DNA of 52,760 nucleotides, taken from Coriobacteriia bacterium (GTDB taxonomy: Bacteria; Actinomycetota; Coriobacteriia; WRKU01; WQUG01). This document shows, piece by piece, positions 9,636-19,825 of this stretch. Under the pieces are notes generated by a model. The model was not told the DNA's origin. It saw only the letters and a program-made list of their open reading frames with translations, and did no database searches. A program made the position numbers and the translations under genes. The DNA is taken from assembly GCA_009784345.1 (NCBI GenBank), contig WRBW01000003.1, forward strand, positions 1 through 52,760. Reading direction: 5' to 3'. Every line of letters begins with the position of its first letter. The first letter of the stretch is position 1.

Positions 9636-11033
9636 CTATCCTTTTCTCTTCAGTCGCGCACAAAAATGGCCATCAGGGCCACCTGAACTTGGTAATATGT
9701 TCAAAAACCCATCCTTGCCCAGCGCATCCACAAAGGGCGGTGCCACTTCGCTTTCCGTGAAGGGCTCTACTTCATATTCTTTGCCAGCTGCTGTAGCTAA
9801 GAATCGCTCTATGACAGACTGGTTTTCTACCGTAGCAATTGTACACGTTGCATAGAAGAGTCGACCACCTGGTTTCACCAAAGCTGCAGACCAGGAAATC
9901 ATGCGCGAGCCCAGCTTTGCAAGCGCAATCAAGTCATCGGGCGAAAGCTTCCAGCGCTTGTCTGCGCCGCGGCGCAGGGTACCAAGCCCCGAACAGGGTG
10001 CGTCAATCAAAACGCTGTCAAAGGATGGACGCACTCCCCCTGTTAAGAGTCCTTTTTCTAAACGCTCATAAGCTGATTGCTTTTTCACATCTATCGTCAG
10101 ATAGCGTGCTTCCCGAACTCCGTAGCTTTGCGCCGTGCGCAGGGCAACCTGATTCTTGAACTCATACAAATCGAGGCCAACAATCTGTGCAGGCCCGCCG
10201 CGCCTGCGAGCACCCGCTGCCATGACGAGTGACTTTGTGCCGCGTCCGCTGCCGACCTCAAGAAGCTGCTGGTCAGGCTGAGCCTTCACCAAGTCAACTA
10301 CCTGCTGGGCAGCTAGGTCCATTGCTACAAAGGATGCACGCAGCTCTGCCGGCATGGCCCAGAACTTGGCCTGGTCGAGGATCTGATAGGCACCCTCGAC
10401 TCCGGCGGATTTATAGCCAACTTTGGCAGCCTCAAGCGCCGCGAGGGACTGTTTTTCTGACCGCAGAAAGGGCAGCTGCGCGACATACAGAGGCGCTGGC
10501 TCATTATTGGTAGCCATCATTTCACGTGCACGCTTCGCGCCGTACTGGTCTTCCATCAAACGTGCCAGCCACAGAGGGTGACCATAAAGTGTCGCCGCAG
10601 CATTCAAATCTGTCTCAGGGTCGCCCCCCGGAAAGAGCTTCTCGCGCTTTTCGCTGAGCCTGCGTAAGACGGCGTTTGCAAGACCTCGATAAGTCTTTGA
10701 ATTCGTGGCAAAGTAGGCCAGCTCTACACCTTGGTTCACCACAACGTAGGCCTCGGTCTTTTCGAAAAAGAGCTCATAGGCGGCAAGTGCGAGCGCGTCT
10801 TTCAAATCGTCAGGCGTCGCTTCTGGCTTTGACAATTCGGTCGCAACGAGCTGGTCCAAAGTGCCGCGCGTGGCAATAGTGCCGTAGGCAAGCCGTGTGG
10901 CAAAGGCCTTGTCGCGCGGGTCTATGTTGGCGCCCACTAGTGCAGACTGCATGGCCTCTGCTGCATAGGACTGCTTTTCGCGCACCCGCTTGATAACCTT
11001 AAAGGCGAGCCGCCGTGCGGGACTTAAACCCAT
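9636..11033 (-). CDS. rsmB: 16S rRNA m5C methyltransferase RsmB/Sun (NusB-like N-terminus)
   Basis: Start probably ATG 11033. Contains the NusB-like ANAVLR, SAM loop VGSGRGTKS, VLIDAPCSGLG, YATCT and DGHFCARL; follows def-fmt. Confidence 0.9.
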   Translation of the reverse strand: MGLSPARRLAFKVIKRVREKQSYAAEAMQSALVGANIDPRDKAFATRLAYGTIATRGTLDQLVATELSKPEATPDDLKDALALAAYELFFEKTEAYVVVNQGVELAYFATNSKTYRGLANAVLRRLSEKREKLFPGGDPETDLNAAATLYGHPLWLARLMEDQYGAKRAREMMATNNEPAPLYVAQLPFLRSEKQSLAALEAAKVGYKSAGVEGAYQILDQAKFWAMPAELRASFVAMDLAAQQVVDLVKAQPDQQLLEVGSGRGTKSLVMAAGARRRGGPAQIVGLDLYEFKNQVALRTAQSYGVREARYLTIDVKKQSAYERLEKGLLTGGVRPSFDSVLIDAPCSGLGTLRRGADKRWKLSPDDLIALAKLGSRMISWSAALVKPGGRLFYATCTIATVENQSVIERFLATAAGKEYEVEPFTESEVAPPFVDALGKDGFLNILPSSGGPDGHFCARLKRKG

Positions 11034-12130
11034 GTTAAACCGTCCTTCGCTGGAAATCCGTTCAGCCAATCTGCTGCTGGCATGACTTTTTTGCCGTCAG
11101 GCTTGACCTCAATCAACTCGACACTGCCGTCTGCACAGCCCAGGTAAACACGTCGCGTACCCGAACTTTTGACCAGGCTCACCTGACCTTTGCGGAGTGC
11201 GTCCACACCCCTTGACTCACTGCCTTCTTGAGATTCTTCGACGCGCTGCGCTCGTTCAAGGTGAAGAGGTGAAGCTTCTTCCGAATACTTTATTGCTTCG
11301 AGGATGGTCGCACCCTTGCCCTCTATTTCAAGGCGTGCGGGTGCGTGAACGCTGCTTGCGCGAACACGGCGCAAGAAAGTTTCGACCGTCAGGTCGCTAC
11401 TCAGTCGCAGCTCTGCCTTTTCAATCTTGTCAGCATAGCTGACCTGGGACTCATCTTGAACGGTCCAGGCAGCAGACCTGCCCAGGATGCTTGGGATCAA
11501 GTCAACCAGCAGTTGCCCACCCAGTACGGCTAGTTCGCGACGCAGCTGCGGGGCTGTTTTGCTGGCAACTTCGGTCATCGCCACACCGCAGTAAGGTCCC
11601 GTATCGAGACCCGCCTCCATGTACATGATGCTGACACCGGTATGGCTGTCTCCTTCAAGAATGGCACGCTCAATTGGTGCTGCACCGCGCCATCTGGGCA
11701 AAAGCGATGCGTGAACATTGATGCATCCTGCAGCAGGAATATCGAGCACCTCTTGTGGCAAAATCATGCCGTAGGCAGCAACGACAATCAAGTCGGGCTT
11801 GAGCTCTGCAAGCTCTTTTTGAACCTCTTCATCACGCAGACTTGTTGGCCTGTGCAGGTTGATGCCGCGATCGATGGCTAGCTTGCTGACCTCGCTGGGT
11901 ACGGGCTTGCTACCCCTTTTTGATACGGCATCGGGCCGTGAATAGACGGCAACGACTTCGGAAAAGGACAGGGTGTCGAGCATAATGCGCAGTACATCTG
12001 CTGCAAAATCGGGGGTTCCCATAAAGACGATGCGAGCCTTGGGTGCAATAAAGGCTGGCCGATCAATGCGCTCGGCCAAATGGTTAATATTGTCATAATT
12101 TGACATTATGGGGATGAAGCGCTCAAACAT
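11024..12130 (-). CDS. fmt: Methionyl-tRNA formyltransferase
   Basis: RIVFMGTPDFA, VVAAYG, INVHASLLPRWRGAAPI, MEAGLDTG. Confidence 0.97.
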   Translation of the reverse strand: MFERFIPIMSNYDNINHLAERIDRPAFIAPKARIVFMGTPDFAADVLRIMLDTLSFSEVVAVYSRPDAVSKRGSKPVPSEVSKLAIDRGINLHRPTSLRDEEVQKELAELKPDLIVVAAYGMILPQEVLDIPAAGCINVHASLLPRWRGAAPIERAILEGDSHTGVSIMYMEAGLDTGPYCGVAMTEVASKTAPQLRRELAVLGGQLLVDLIPSILGRSAAWTVQDESQVSYADKIEKAELRLSSDLTVETFLRRVRASSVHAPARLEIEGKGATILEAIKYSEEASPLHLERAQRVEESQEGSESRGVDALRKGQVSLVKSSGTRRVYLGCADGSVELIEVKPDGKKVMPAADWLNGFPAKDGLTWV

Positions 12131-12153
12131 CTCTGTTACTCCTTCGCAAGCGT

Positions 12154-12720
12154 CTAGAGCAGGTCAAAGTATTCACGCAGGGCATGCTTTTTGTCATCAT
12201 CGCTCAAGCGATCGACAAAGCTCACGCCATCAAGGTGGTCATTTTCATGCTGGAACACACGTGCTAGAAAACCTTCTGCTACTACTTTCACCGGATTGCC
12301 CTGATGGTCAAAGCCTTCGACCACGACCCCGCTCGATCTTTCCACCGGTGCGTAGAGTGCTGGAAAAGACAGGCAACCTTCTTCGTCTTCTACGCACTCA
12401 CCAGCTAAAATGACTTTCGGGTTCACCAGAGCAGCAGCCCCCGTGTCCCCAACAGGCGTACCGACCTCACCCTCTTCGCCTTCGATGTCATAAACAAAAA
12501 CGCGCTGGGCAACACCTACCTGGATGGCTGCAAGTCCCGCACCATTTTCCTTACGCATCGTTAGAATTAAATCGTCTACCAGCTGCTGTAGCTGCAGCAA
12601 GGCAGCATCACTGCTGAGGTCAACGGGCTTACTGACCTGCGATAAACGCGGATCGGGATGGGAGACCACTTTGCGCGCACTGCCGCCCGTTTTTTTCATA
12701 AAAGGTGCTTTGAATACCAC
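12154..12720 (-). CDS. def: Peptide deformylase
   Basis: All three motifs present: GAGLAAIQ, EGCLS, QHENDHLDG. Confidence 0.97.
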   Translation of the reverse strand: MVFKAPFMKKTGGSARKVVSHPDPRLSQVSKPVDLSSDAALLQLQQLVDDLILTMRKENGAGLAAIQVGVAQRVFVYDIEGEEGEVGTPVGDTGAAALVNPKVILAGECVEDEEGCLSFPALYAPVERSSGVVVEGFDHQGNPVKVVAEGFLARVFQHENDHLDGVSFVDRLSDDDKKHALREYFDLL

Positions 12721-12728
12721 AGTAAATC

Positions 12729-13457
12729 CTAATTGTCTGTTGCTGTTAAATAGAGAATTCCGTCATCTGGAATGGGAATACTCTCCGTCCCCTGCATGAC
12801 TATGACGTTTTCGGGACTGGCGATCTCAACGCGGGCCTCATGGGCGCCATCAAAAGTTTCGCTATTGCTGTCGGTGCCGCTGGTTATCGAGCCATCGAAG
12901 GCAATGTTGCCATCGACCAAAACCTGCACGACGCTTGCACGTCCCTCGCGAGCTTCAACCGTAAAGGAGAAGGGCACGCGCTGGTCTTCTGGCACCTGCG
13001 CTTCTGGCGTGGTACTGACCGTGGGGGTGGCCTCTGCGGGAAGTGGGTTCGTACCTGGCACAAAGCCGCTGTCCCTGTTCATAAAATAAATACCGCCAGC
13101 TATGACGGCAATCACTACGACGACCACGGCAATAACGCGCCAATTCATTTCATGCTCAGACTTTCGAGGCAGCGGTGCGAGGCTGGGGTTATAGGATGGC
13201 CTGGTCGCAGGCTCTCGACGTGAACCCTGTGACTGCCGATCAAACTGTGCCAGGAAGGAGGCTGGGTCGACACCACAGATTTTGCAGTAACTGAGGATGT
13301 AGCCGCGGGCATAACCTGACGCGGGCACGGCATCAAGGTTGTCGTTTTCCAGATTATCGATGGCAGACTGCATGATATGCGTGCGTTGTGACACGTCTTG
13401 GGCCGTGAGCCCAGCACTACGCCTTGCTTCAATAAGCATATCACCCAAGCTGCTCAT
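12729..13457 (-). CDS. RodZ-like HTH membrane protein
   Basis: N-terminal XRE-like HTH (LGDMLIEARR...YARGYILSYC), a single TM helix and a C-terminal beta domain; follows ftsK. Confidence 0.85.
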   Translation of the reverse strand: MSSLGDMLIEARRSAGLTAQDVSQRTHIMQSAIDNLENDNLDAVPASGYARGYILSYCKICGVDPASFLAQFDRQSQGSRREPATRPSYNPSLAPLPRKSEHEMNWRVIAVVVVVIAVIAGGIYFMNRDSGFVPGTNPLPAEATPTVSTTPEAQVPEDQRVPFSFTVEAREGRASVVQVLVDGNIAFDGSITSGTDSNSETFDGAHEARVEIASPENVIVMQGTESIPIPDDGILYLTATDN

Positions 13458-13458
13458 G

Positions 13459-15969
13459 CTAATCTACCCTCTCCTCGGGATCAAAGTCATCATCGTAGTC
13501 CTGATCAAAGTCAGCATCAAAATCTGCCTCTGCCTCGTCCTCGAAATCGTCCTCGTCATAATCATCGGGATTTCTCAGCCGGGCAAGGCCTGCACTGTCA
13601 ATCAAAACTTCGCGGGGTTTCGAGCCGTCTGGCGGCCCAACTACCCCTCTAGAATGTAACATATCCATGATGCGCCCTGCACGAGAATAACCCACAGAGA
13701 AGCGTCTTTGAATGCCGCTGGTCGACCCAAAGCCGGCAGCAACCACCATTTCAGCCGCGTCCCACAGCAGGGCGTCTTCTTCACCGGCACTGTCAGAGCC
13801 GTCAGAACCATCAGCTCCTGATACCGCGACATCGAAAATCGATTCGTCATAGGTGACGTCTCCTGCTTGATCGCGCAAGAATCCGACAGCCGCCTCGATT
13901 TCGTCTTCTGAGACATAGCAGCCCTGGATGCGCTTGGGCTCAGGCCAGGACGGAATCGAGAAGAGCATATCACCCAGACCTGTCAGCTTTTCTGCACCAG
14001 AAACGTCCAAAATAACACGTGAGTTACTGGCAGTCGCCGTTCTAAAGGCAACACGGTTGGTAATATTTGCCTTGATTTGACCGGTCACAACATTGGCATC
14101 AGGTCGCTGCGTTGCCACAATCAGGTGAATACCTGCTGCACGTGCCAGCTGGGCAATCTGAACAATGGATGACTCGACTTCTTTTGCTGCCTTGTCCATC
14201 AGATTTGCGAGCTCATCGATGACGATGACCAAATAGGGCAGCTCAAGAGCATCCTCGCCATGCTTGCCATCGATGACGGCCTGATTGTATTCCCCAATGT
14301 TTCGGGCTCGATGCTTTTCAAGCGTCGCCAGACGTCTTTCCATCTCTCCCACAGCCCAGGCAAGAGCAGATGCCGCCTTCTTCACGCTGGTCACAACGGG
14401 CACCTTCAAGTGCGGAAGACCATTAAACATCGAGAACTCAACACGCTTGGGATCAATCAGAATCAGGTTTACTTCAGCAGGTGTTGCCCGCATAATCATC
14501 GTCATAATCATCGAGTTGACTGCGACCGATTTACCCGACCCCGTAGCACCAGCAACCAGCAGGTGTGGCATGCTCGCAAGATTGCGGGCAATGCTTGCGC
14601 CGGTGACATCACGCCCAAAGTACAGGGTCAAAGGCCCGTCGCCTGAATCTGTCGGCTTGATTACATCGCCCAAGGTAACAGAAGAGCGGCTCGCATTAGG
14701 CACCTCGACGCCCACCAAGCTCTCGCCAGGAATCGGCGCCAGAATACGAATCGTCGGAGCCGCCAGTGCATAGGCCAGATTGTCATTAAGCGCCGTCACC
14801 TTATTCATTTTAACGCCACTGGCAATGTCAACCTTGTACAGGGTGACCGTCGGGCCCACAATCCAGTCAACTACCTGGGAATCAACACCGAATTCGCGGA
14901 GTGTGTCCACCAGCAGATCTGCCGTTGCCTGCTGTTGCGCCTCTGCCTCCGGAGAGTTTTCATCGAAGTCTGCCGTTCCTTTTTTGAGCAAGTCCATGGC
15001 TGGCAAGACAAAGCCTTCAAGCGCGCGTGGCGCCGTCGTATTATGCGCCAGAACTTCAGTAACGGCTGCGGCAGGCTCGATAACCTCAGTCGCCTTTTCT
15101 TCTGCCGGCTTCTTTTTCTTGCCCTTTAAGACCTGGGTGCGCTCGAGTTCATCCTCATCATCGTCGAGCAGCGTGGTCGGGGCATTATCAAGGGTATTTA
15201 TTCCGGGACTCTTGCGTCTACCCGTGGTGCGAGCAGGAGCATCGTCAGGCTCCTGTGCTGCCAGCTTTTCTGTGCGTGGCATAAGGGCTGCCTTTTCAGC
15301 CTGTGCGTAGGCGCGCTCTTCTGCGCGGTCTGCACGCCAGTCTGAAAGCCACTCGAATACTGCTGACAGCGAAAAGCCCGTGATGATGAGACCAATGAGT
15401 CCTAGTGCAATGAAGATGACATAGGAAATCGCGGTGCCCGCAAGAGCATGTACCGCCCAGGCAAGAGCATTGCCTAGGTAACCACCATGTGACTGCAAGG
15501 TAGCAGATTCAAAGGGCGTAGCCTGCGCTGCACTAACCGCAACGAGCCCCACTACACCTATGACGGCAAGCAAAAAGAGCGACAAGCCTACCGCAAAACG
15601 CATTTCAGAAAAGCGCAGAGCGGGAATGAAAAAGGTAAGACCCATGATTATCAGTACAAAGGGCAAGACAAAGCGACCAAGTCCGATGAGAAGACCCAGC
15701 CCCATGTCGATAAAGCCCGTAGCAACCCCGGTCAGTATCCCAAAGACAGGCAAGATAACGCTCAGGGCAAGCACCGTACCTAAAGTAACGAGGACTATGC
15801 CCCATATGTCAGAAGCTGCACGCTCATCAATCAGGGGGCTGCGCTGCGCCTTCTTACTTGCACGCCCCGTCTTTTGTGAGCCCGTGCGTGAACTGGCAGC
15901 TTTGGACGCACTCCCCCTGCTGCCGGTTCGTGAGCCACTTTTACTCTGAGTTTTTTTCTTTGCTGACAC
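13459..15969 (-). CDS. ftsK: DNA translocase FtsK/SpoIIIE
   Basis: N-terminal TM helices, PHLLVAGATGSGKS, LIDPK, VIDELA, ARAAGIHLIVATQRP, and gamma domain IQRRFSVGYSRAGRIMD. Confidence 0.98.
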   Translation of the reverse strand: MSAKKKTQSKSGSRTGSRGSASKAASSRTGSQKTGRASKKAQRSPLIDERAASDIWGIVLVTLGTVLALSVILPVFGILTGVATGFIDMGLGLLIGLGRFVLPFVLIIMGLTFFIPALRFSEMRFAVGLSLFLLAVIGVVGLVAVSAAQATPFESATLQSHGGYLGNALAWAVHALAGTAISYVIFIALGLIGLIITGFSLSAVFEWLSDWRADRAEERAYAQAEKAALMPRTEKLAAQEPDDAPARTTGRRKSPGINTLDNAPTTLLDDDEDELERTQVLKGKKKKPAEEKATEVIEPAAAVTEVLAHNTTAPRALEGFVLPAMDLLKKGTADFDENSPEAEAQQQATADLLVDTLREFGVDSQVVDWIVGPTVTLYKVDIASGVKMNKVTALNDNLAYALAAPTIRILAPIPGESLVGVEVPNASRSSVTLGDVIKPTDSGDGPLTLYFGRDVTGASIARNLASMPHLLVAGATGSGKSVAVNSMIMTMIMRATPAEVNLILIDPKRVEFSMFNGLPHLKVPVVTSVKKAASALAWAVGEMERRLATLEKHRARNIGEYNQAVIDGKHGEDALELPYLVIVIDELANLMDKAAKEVESSIVQIAQLARAAGIHLIVATQRPDANVVTGQIKANITNRVAFRTATASNSRVILDVSGAEKLTGLGDMLFSIPSWPEPKRIQGCYVSEDEIEAAVGFLRDQAGDVTYDESIFDVAVSGADGSDGSDSAGEEDALLWDAAEMVVAAGFGSTSGIQRRFSVGYSRAGRIMDMLHSRGVVGPPDGSKPREVLIDSAGLARLRNPDDYDEDDFEDEAEADFDADFDQDYDDDFDPEERVD

Positions 15970-15993
15970 AGTTCCCCATTCTTGCTTGAAGCT

Positions 15994-16857
15994 TTATAGA
16001 TAGAAGTGCAGGAAGATCAAAATGACCCCCAGCAAGGCGGCATAGATGGCAAAAAAGTTAAGGCTTGTGCGCTGAACCAGTCTAATCATCCAGGCAATAG
16101 TGAGGTAGCCGACGATACCTGCGATGACAAAGGCGATAGCCGATATCCAGAAACTGGGCAGCACGAGGTCTCCTTGCACCCAGCGCACGGTGTCACGCAG
16201 CGAACCCGCGACGATGACGGGAATCGTGAGGAGGAAGCTAAAACGTGTTGCTTGCTCGCGTGACATACCCATCCACAGACCAGCGGCGATGGTAGAGCCA
16301 CTGCGTGAAATTCCGGGGATGACGGCAAGGCCTTGGATAAAGCCGATGCCTGCTGCACGGGCTGGGGTCAGCTTGTCCATACTGCGATGCTGCTTCATTT
16401 TCTGCAAAGCATATTCAGAAGACACGAGCATAAGGGCGGTGACGATAAACATGGAGCCGAGGATAAACATATTTGCCGCGTAGGCATCGAGTCTACTTGA
16501 AAACACCAGTCCCATGGGGCCGGTGACCAGCATGGCGATTATCAAAAAGACCGTGATGCGTCTTTGCGCCGACATGCTTTCGCGGTTTGCAGGAAGCCAA
16601 GAGATAATGATGTCTTTTATGTCATTGCGAAAGTAGACGATGGCAGCGATGAGCGTCGGGATATGCAGGAAAAAGTAGAAGTCTACCGCGCCTGCTGGTT
16701 CTCCGCCAAAGAGCATGTTCAAGATGGAGAGCTGACCTGAGCTCGAAACCGGGATGAACTCTGTCAGGCCTTGCACCAGTGCCATGACGACGGCATAGAC
16801 CCAGTCGCCAATGACAAGTGTTGCAGCCTGAGTTGATGCAAGCATGCTAGTGAGCAT
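15994..16857 (-). CDS. uppP: Undecaprenyl-diphosphate phosphatase (BacA)
   Basis: VQGLTEFIPVSSSG, PGISRSGST, ATRFSFLL; multiple TM helices. Confidence 0.93.
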   Translation of the reverse strand: MLTSMLASTQAATLVIGDWVYAVVMALVQGLTEFIPVSSSGQLSILNMLFGGEPAGAVDFYFFLHIPTLIAAIVYFRNDIKDIIISWLPANRESMSAQRRITVFLIIAMLVTGPMGLVFSSRLDAYAANMFILGSMFIVTALMLVSSEYALQKMKQHRSMDKLTPARAAGIGFIQGLAVIPGISRSGSTIAAGLWMGMSREQATRFSFLLTIPVIVAGSLRDTVRWVQGDLVLPSFWISAIAFVIAGIVGYLTIAWMIRLVQRTSLNFFAIYAALLGVILIFLHFYL

Positions 16858-16908
16858 AGCCTAAGCCTCCCCGCCTTTGTTGTTGGTGCCCTTCAACATC
16901 GCGCCCAA

Positions 16909-18921
16909 CTATATTTCCATGATGACGGGTATGACCATGGGTCTGGTTTTTGTGCGTTCCCACACTAATTGAGATACGGCATCCTTGACCGATCTACGGG
17001 CATTGTTCAAGGTCGCCTTCTCACGCAGATTGCGCTCAAGTGTTTTTGTGGCGCGCTCTGCGATTTCTGATTGGAAGAACTCGGGGTCAGATACACTGAC
17101 GCCGCGGAAAATCACTTCCATGTCACCCATGGCCTGCTTGCGACTGCGGTTCACGTTTGCCACGATGGTCACGATGCCATCCTGGCTCAGGTGCTGGCGG
17201 TCACGCAAAATGACGCTGTCAAAATCGCCGACATTCAAGCCGTCGACGTAAATCACACCGTTTTGCACAGGTTCTTTTTGGTAGGCGCCATCTTCATCGA
17301 ATTCAATGACGTCACCGTTTTCTAAGACAAAGATGTATTCTTCAGGAATACCCACCTGCAGGGCAAGCTCTTTGTGGGCATGCAGGTGCCTGGTCTCGCC
17401 ATGCACGGGCAGGAAGTATTCTGGCTTGATGATGTTGAGCAGCATTTTCAGTTCTTCTGAGGCTGCGTGTCCACTAACATGCACTTTGGCATCGCGACCC
17501 TCATGGACCTCTGCTCCGCATTTGACCAATTGGTTGATAACCGTGTTAACCGCCTGCTCATTACCGGGAACCGGCGTTGCCGAAAAGATGACGGTGTCAC
17601 CTGCGGCCACACGAATACTGCGATGTTCACCAATAGCCATACGCGACAGGGCAGATAAGGGCTCGCCCTGACTGCCGGTACACAAAACAACGATGTCTTC
17701 TGGTTCGTAGTCGCGCAGATTAAAGGCGTCGATAATCATGTCGTCAGGAATGGCCAGATAGCCCAGCTTACGTGCAATCTCTGTGTTGCGCAGCATGCTT
17801 CGTCCTGTTACTGCCACCTTCCTGCCAGAGGCGATGGCTGCGTCACAAATCTGCTGCAGACGATGGATGTGGCTCGAGAACGAGGCTATGATGATGCGTT
17901 GCTTTGCCTGTGCCATGATGGAACGTAGTGATCTGCCTACTTCAGCTTCGCTGGGGGTGATGCCTGGTCTTTCAGCACAGGTCGAATCAGACAGCAGTAG
18001 CATGACGCCCTCGTCGCCTGCTTTTACCAGCGCAGAGTAGTCGACGACACGCCCGTTGATGGGGGTCTGGTCGAACTTGAAGTCGCCCGTGTGCAACACA
18101 TTACCGACAGGTGTCTGAATGAGCACCGCAACCGCATCAGGAATCGAGTGGTTGACATCAATGAAGTTGAGACCGAAGACTCCGCACTTGAGGTGATCCT
18201 TGCTGCTGACTTCGGTAAATTTTGCATTTTTGATGCCGTGTTCTTCAAACTTACCCTTGATCATGCCGCAGGTGAGCTTTGTGGTGATAATGGGTACGCT
18301 GCGGCGGCTCAAATCTTTAAGCAGCCAGGGCAGGGCACCCGTGTGGTCTTCATGACCATGGGTGATGACGATGCCCTTCAGTTTGTGCTCGTTTTCGATG
18401 ACGTAGGAATAGTCGGGCAAAATAAGGTCGATACCCAGCTGATTTTCGTCGGGAAACATGAGTCCTGCATCAACAACAATCATGTCATCGCCATATTCAA
18501 AGACGGTCATGTTCTTGCCGATGGCGTCCAGTCCACCCAAAGGTATGACCCTCAGGCGCTTTTCAGTCGAAGTGTCTTTCCGAGCAGGTTGTGCATTTTT
18601 CTGAGTGTTCGTGCGCCCCGCAGACTTAGCAGTCGCGCGCCCCGCAGGCTTTGAGGCAGTTTTTGCCAGCGGCTTTGCCTTTTGCTTTGTCATCTGCTTC
18701 GTACCTGGCTTGACGATTTGCTTCTCGCCTTGCTTTGCCAGACCCTTCGCCTGTCCTCTTTTGGGGGCAGAGCGCGGGCTCGTCTTGGGACGAGGCTTTC
18801 TCGTATTCTGCCTCTTTGGCTGCTCGCCTGTCTGCGAGCTCTTTTTCTGCTCGTCTTTCGGCGAGTCTTGTCCGCCGCTTTGCGGCGCTTGAGATGTTTG
18901 CTTTGATGGCTTAGAGCTCAT
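16909..18921 (-). CDS. rnj: Ribonuclease J with a long basic N-terminal extension
   Basis: Start ATG 18921 (GGAGG SD). Motifs IPLGGLDAIGKNM, THGHEDHTG, NHSIPD, HTGDFK, TGSQGEP, HVSGHA, PVHGE. Confidence 0.97.
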   Translation of the reverse strand: MSSKPSKQTSQAPQSGGQDSPKDEQKKSSQTGEQPKRQNTRKPRPKTSPRSAPKRGQAKGLAKQGEKQIVKPGTKQMTKQKAKPLAKTASKPAGRATAKSAGRTNTQKNAQPARKDTSTEKRLRVIPLGGLDAIGKNMTVFEYGDDMIVVDAGLMFPDENQLGIDLILPDYSYVIENEHKLKGIVITHGHEDHTGALPWLLKDLSRRSVPIITTKLTCGMIKGKFEEHGIKNAKFTEVSSKDHLKCGVFGLNFIDVNHSIPDAVAVLIQTPVGNVLHTGDFKFDQTPINGRVVDYSALVKAGDEGVMLLLSDSTCAERPGITPSEAEVGRSLRSIMAQAKQRIIIASFSSHIHRLQQICDAAIASGRKVAVTGRSMLRNTEIARKLGYLAIPDDMIIDAFNLRDYEPEDIVVLCTGSQGEPLSALSRMAIGEHRSIRVAAGDTVIFSATPVPGNEQAVNTVINQLVKCGAEVHEGRDAKVHVSGHAASEELKMLLNIIKPEYFLPVHGETRHLHAHKELALQVGIPEEYIFVLENGDVIEFDEDGAYQKEPVQNGVIYVDGLNVGDFDSVILRDRQHLSQDGIVTIVANVNRSRKQAMGDMEVIFRGVSVSDPEFFQSEIAERATKTLERNLREKATLNNARRSVKDAVSQLVWERTKTRPMVIPVIMEI

Positions 18922-19825
18922 CGAGCCTCCTAAAAGTATCACTCATGACGGTCAAAAGTTCTGCCGTTTGGTCCTCTGTTGCGTTAACCAAGGGTAGACG
19001 CACCGGACCTACGGGGAAATCAAGCAGCGCTAGGGCGCGCTTGACCAAAATCGGGTTAGAAGTCGTGAATAGTTGTTTCTGCAGTGGGCGCAGGGTCTGA
19101 TCAATCGCCTCAGCTGCAGCCTTATTGCCAGCCATATAGGCCTCGATCATTTCCTTCATGGCGGGAGCAGCAATATTACCAATGGTCGAAATAACGCCCA
19201 CTCCACCACGCTCCAGGTTGGGTAGTGTCAGGCAGTCGTCTCCGGCAAAGATTTCGAAATCATCAGGCGTATTCGCGACAATGGTCTCGAGCTGAGCCAT
19301 GTCATCATTGGCCTGCTTCAGAGCCCTAATGTTAGGCACATCGTCGGCAAGGCGAATAATGGTATCTGGGTCAATATTGACGACACTGCGTCCTGGAATG
19401 TTGTACACCACAACCGGCACTTCAACGGCTTCAGCAATCAGACGCATGTGCTGATAAATACCCTCTTGCGGCGGCTTATTGTAGTAGGGCGTTACTGCCA
19501 TAATGGCATTGATGCGTCCACCTTTCAGCGCGCACACACGCTGGGCAAAAAGAACGCTGTCTTCAGTACAGTTGTCACCAATATTAGCAACCAGGGGTAC
19601 ATCGTCACCAACTGCCTCGATAACCGCTTCGAACAAGTCGCAGCGCTCATCACGGCTAATTGTGGGGCTCTCCCCCGTTGTACCATTCACAATCAGACCA
19701 TCATTGCCTTGCTCGATAAGCTTAAGTGCCAGCTCCTGCGCACGGGGCAGGTCAAGCGAACCATCCTCTTTAAAGGGTGTCACCATGGCTGTCAGCAAGC
19801 GACCAAAGCGTGGTATGTAGGCCAT
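18911..19825 (-). CDS. dapA: 4-hydroxy-tetrahydrodipicolinate synthase
   Basis: Start ATG 19825 (AAGGAG SD). Motifs TAMVTPF, NGTTGESPT, VTPYYNKP, YNIPGRS and the Schiff-base Lys in RALKQA; the dapA-rnj order is conserved. Confidence 0.95.
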   Translation of the reverse strand: MAYIPRFGRLLTAMVTPFKEDGSLDLPRAQELALKLIEQGNDGLIVNGTTGESPTISRDERCDLFEAVIEAVGDDVPLVANIGDNCTEDSVLFAQRVCALKGGRINAIMAVTPYYNKPPQEGIYQHMRLIAEAVEVPVVVYNIPGRSVVNIDPDTIIRLADDVPNIRALKQANDDMAQLETIVANTPDDFEIFAGDDCLTLPNLERGGVGVISTIGNIAAPAMKEMIEAYMAGNKAAAEAIDQTLRPLQKQLFTTSNPILVKRALALLDFPVGPVRLPLVNATEDQTAELLTVMSDTFRRLDEL

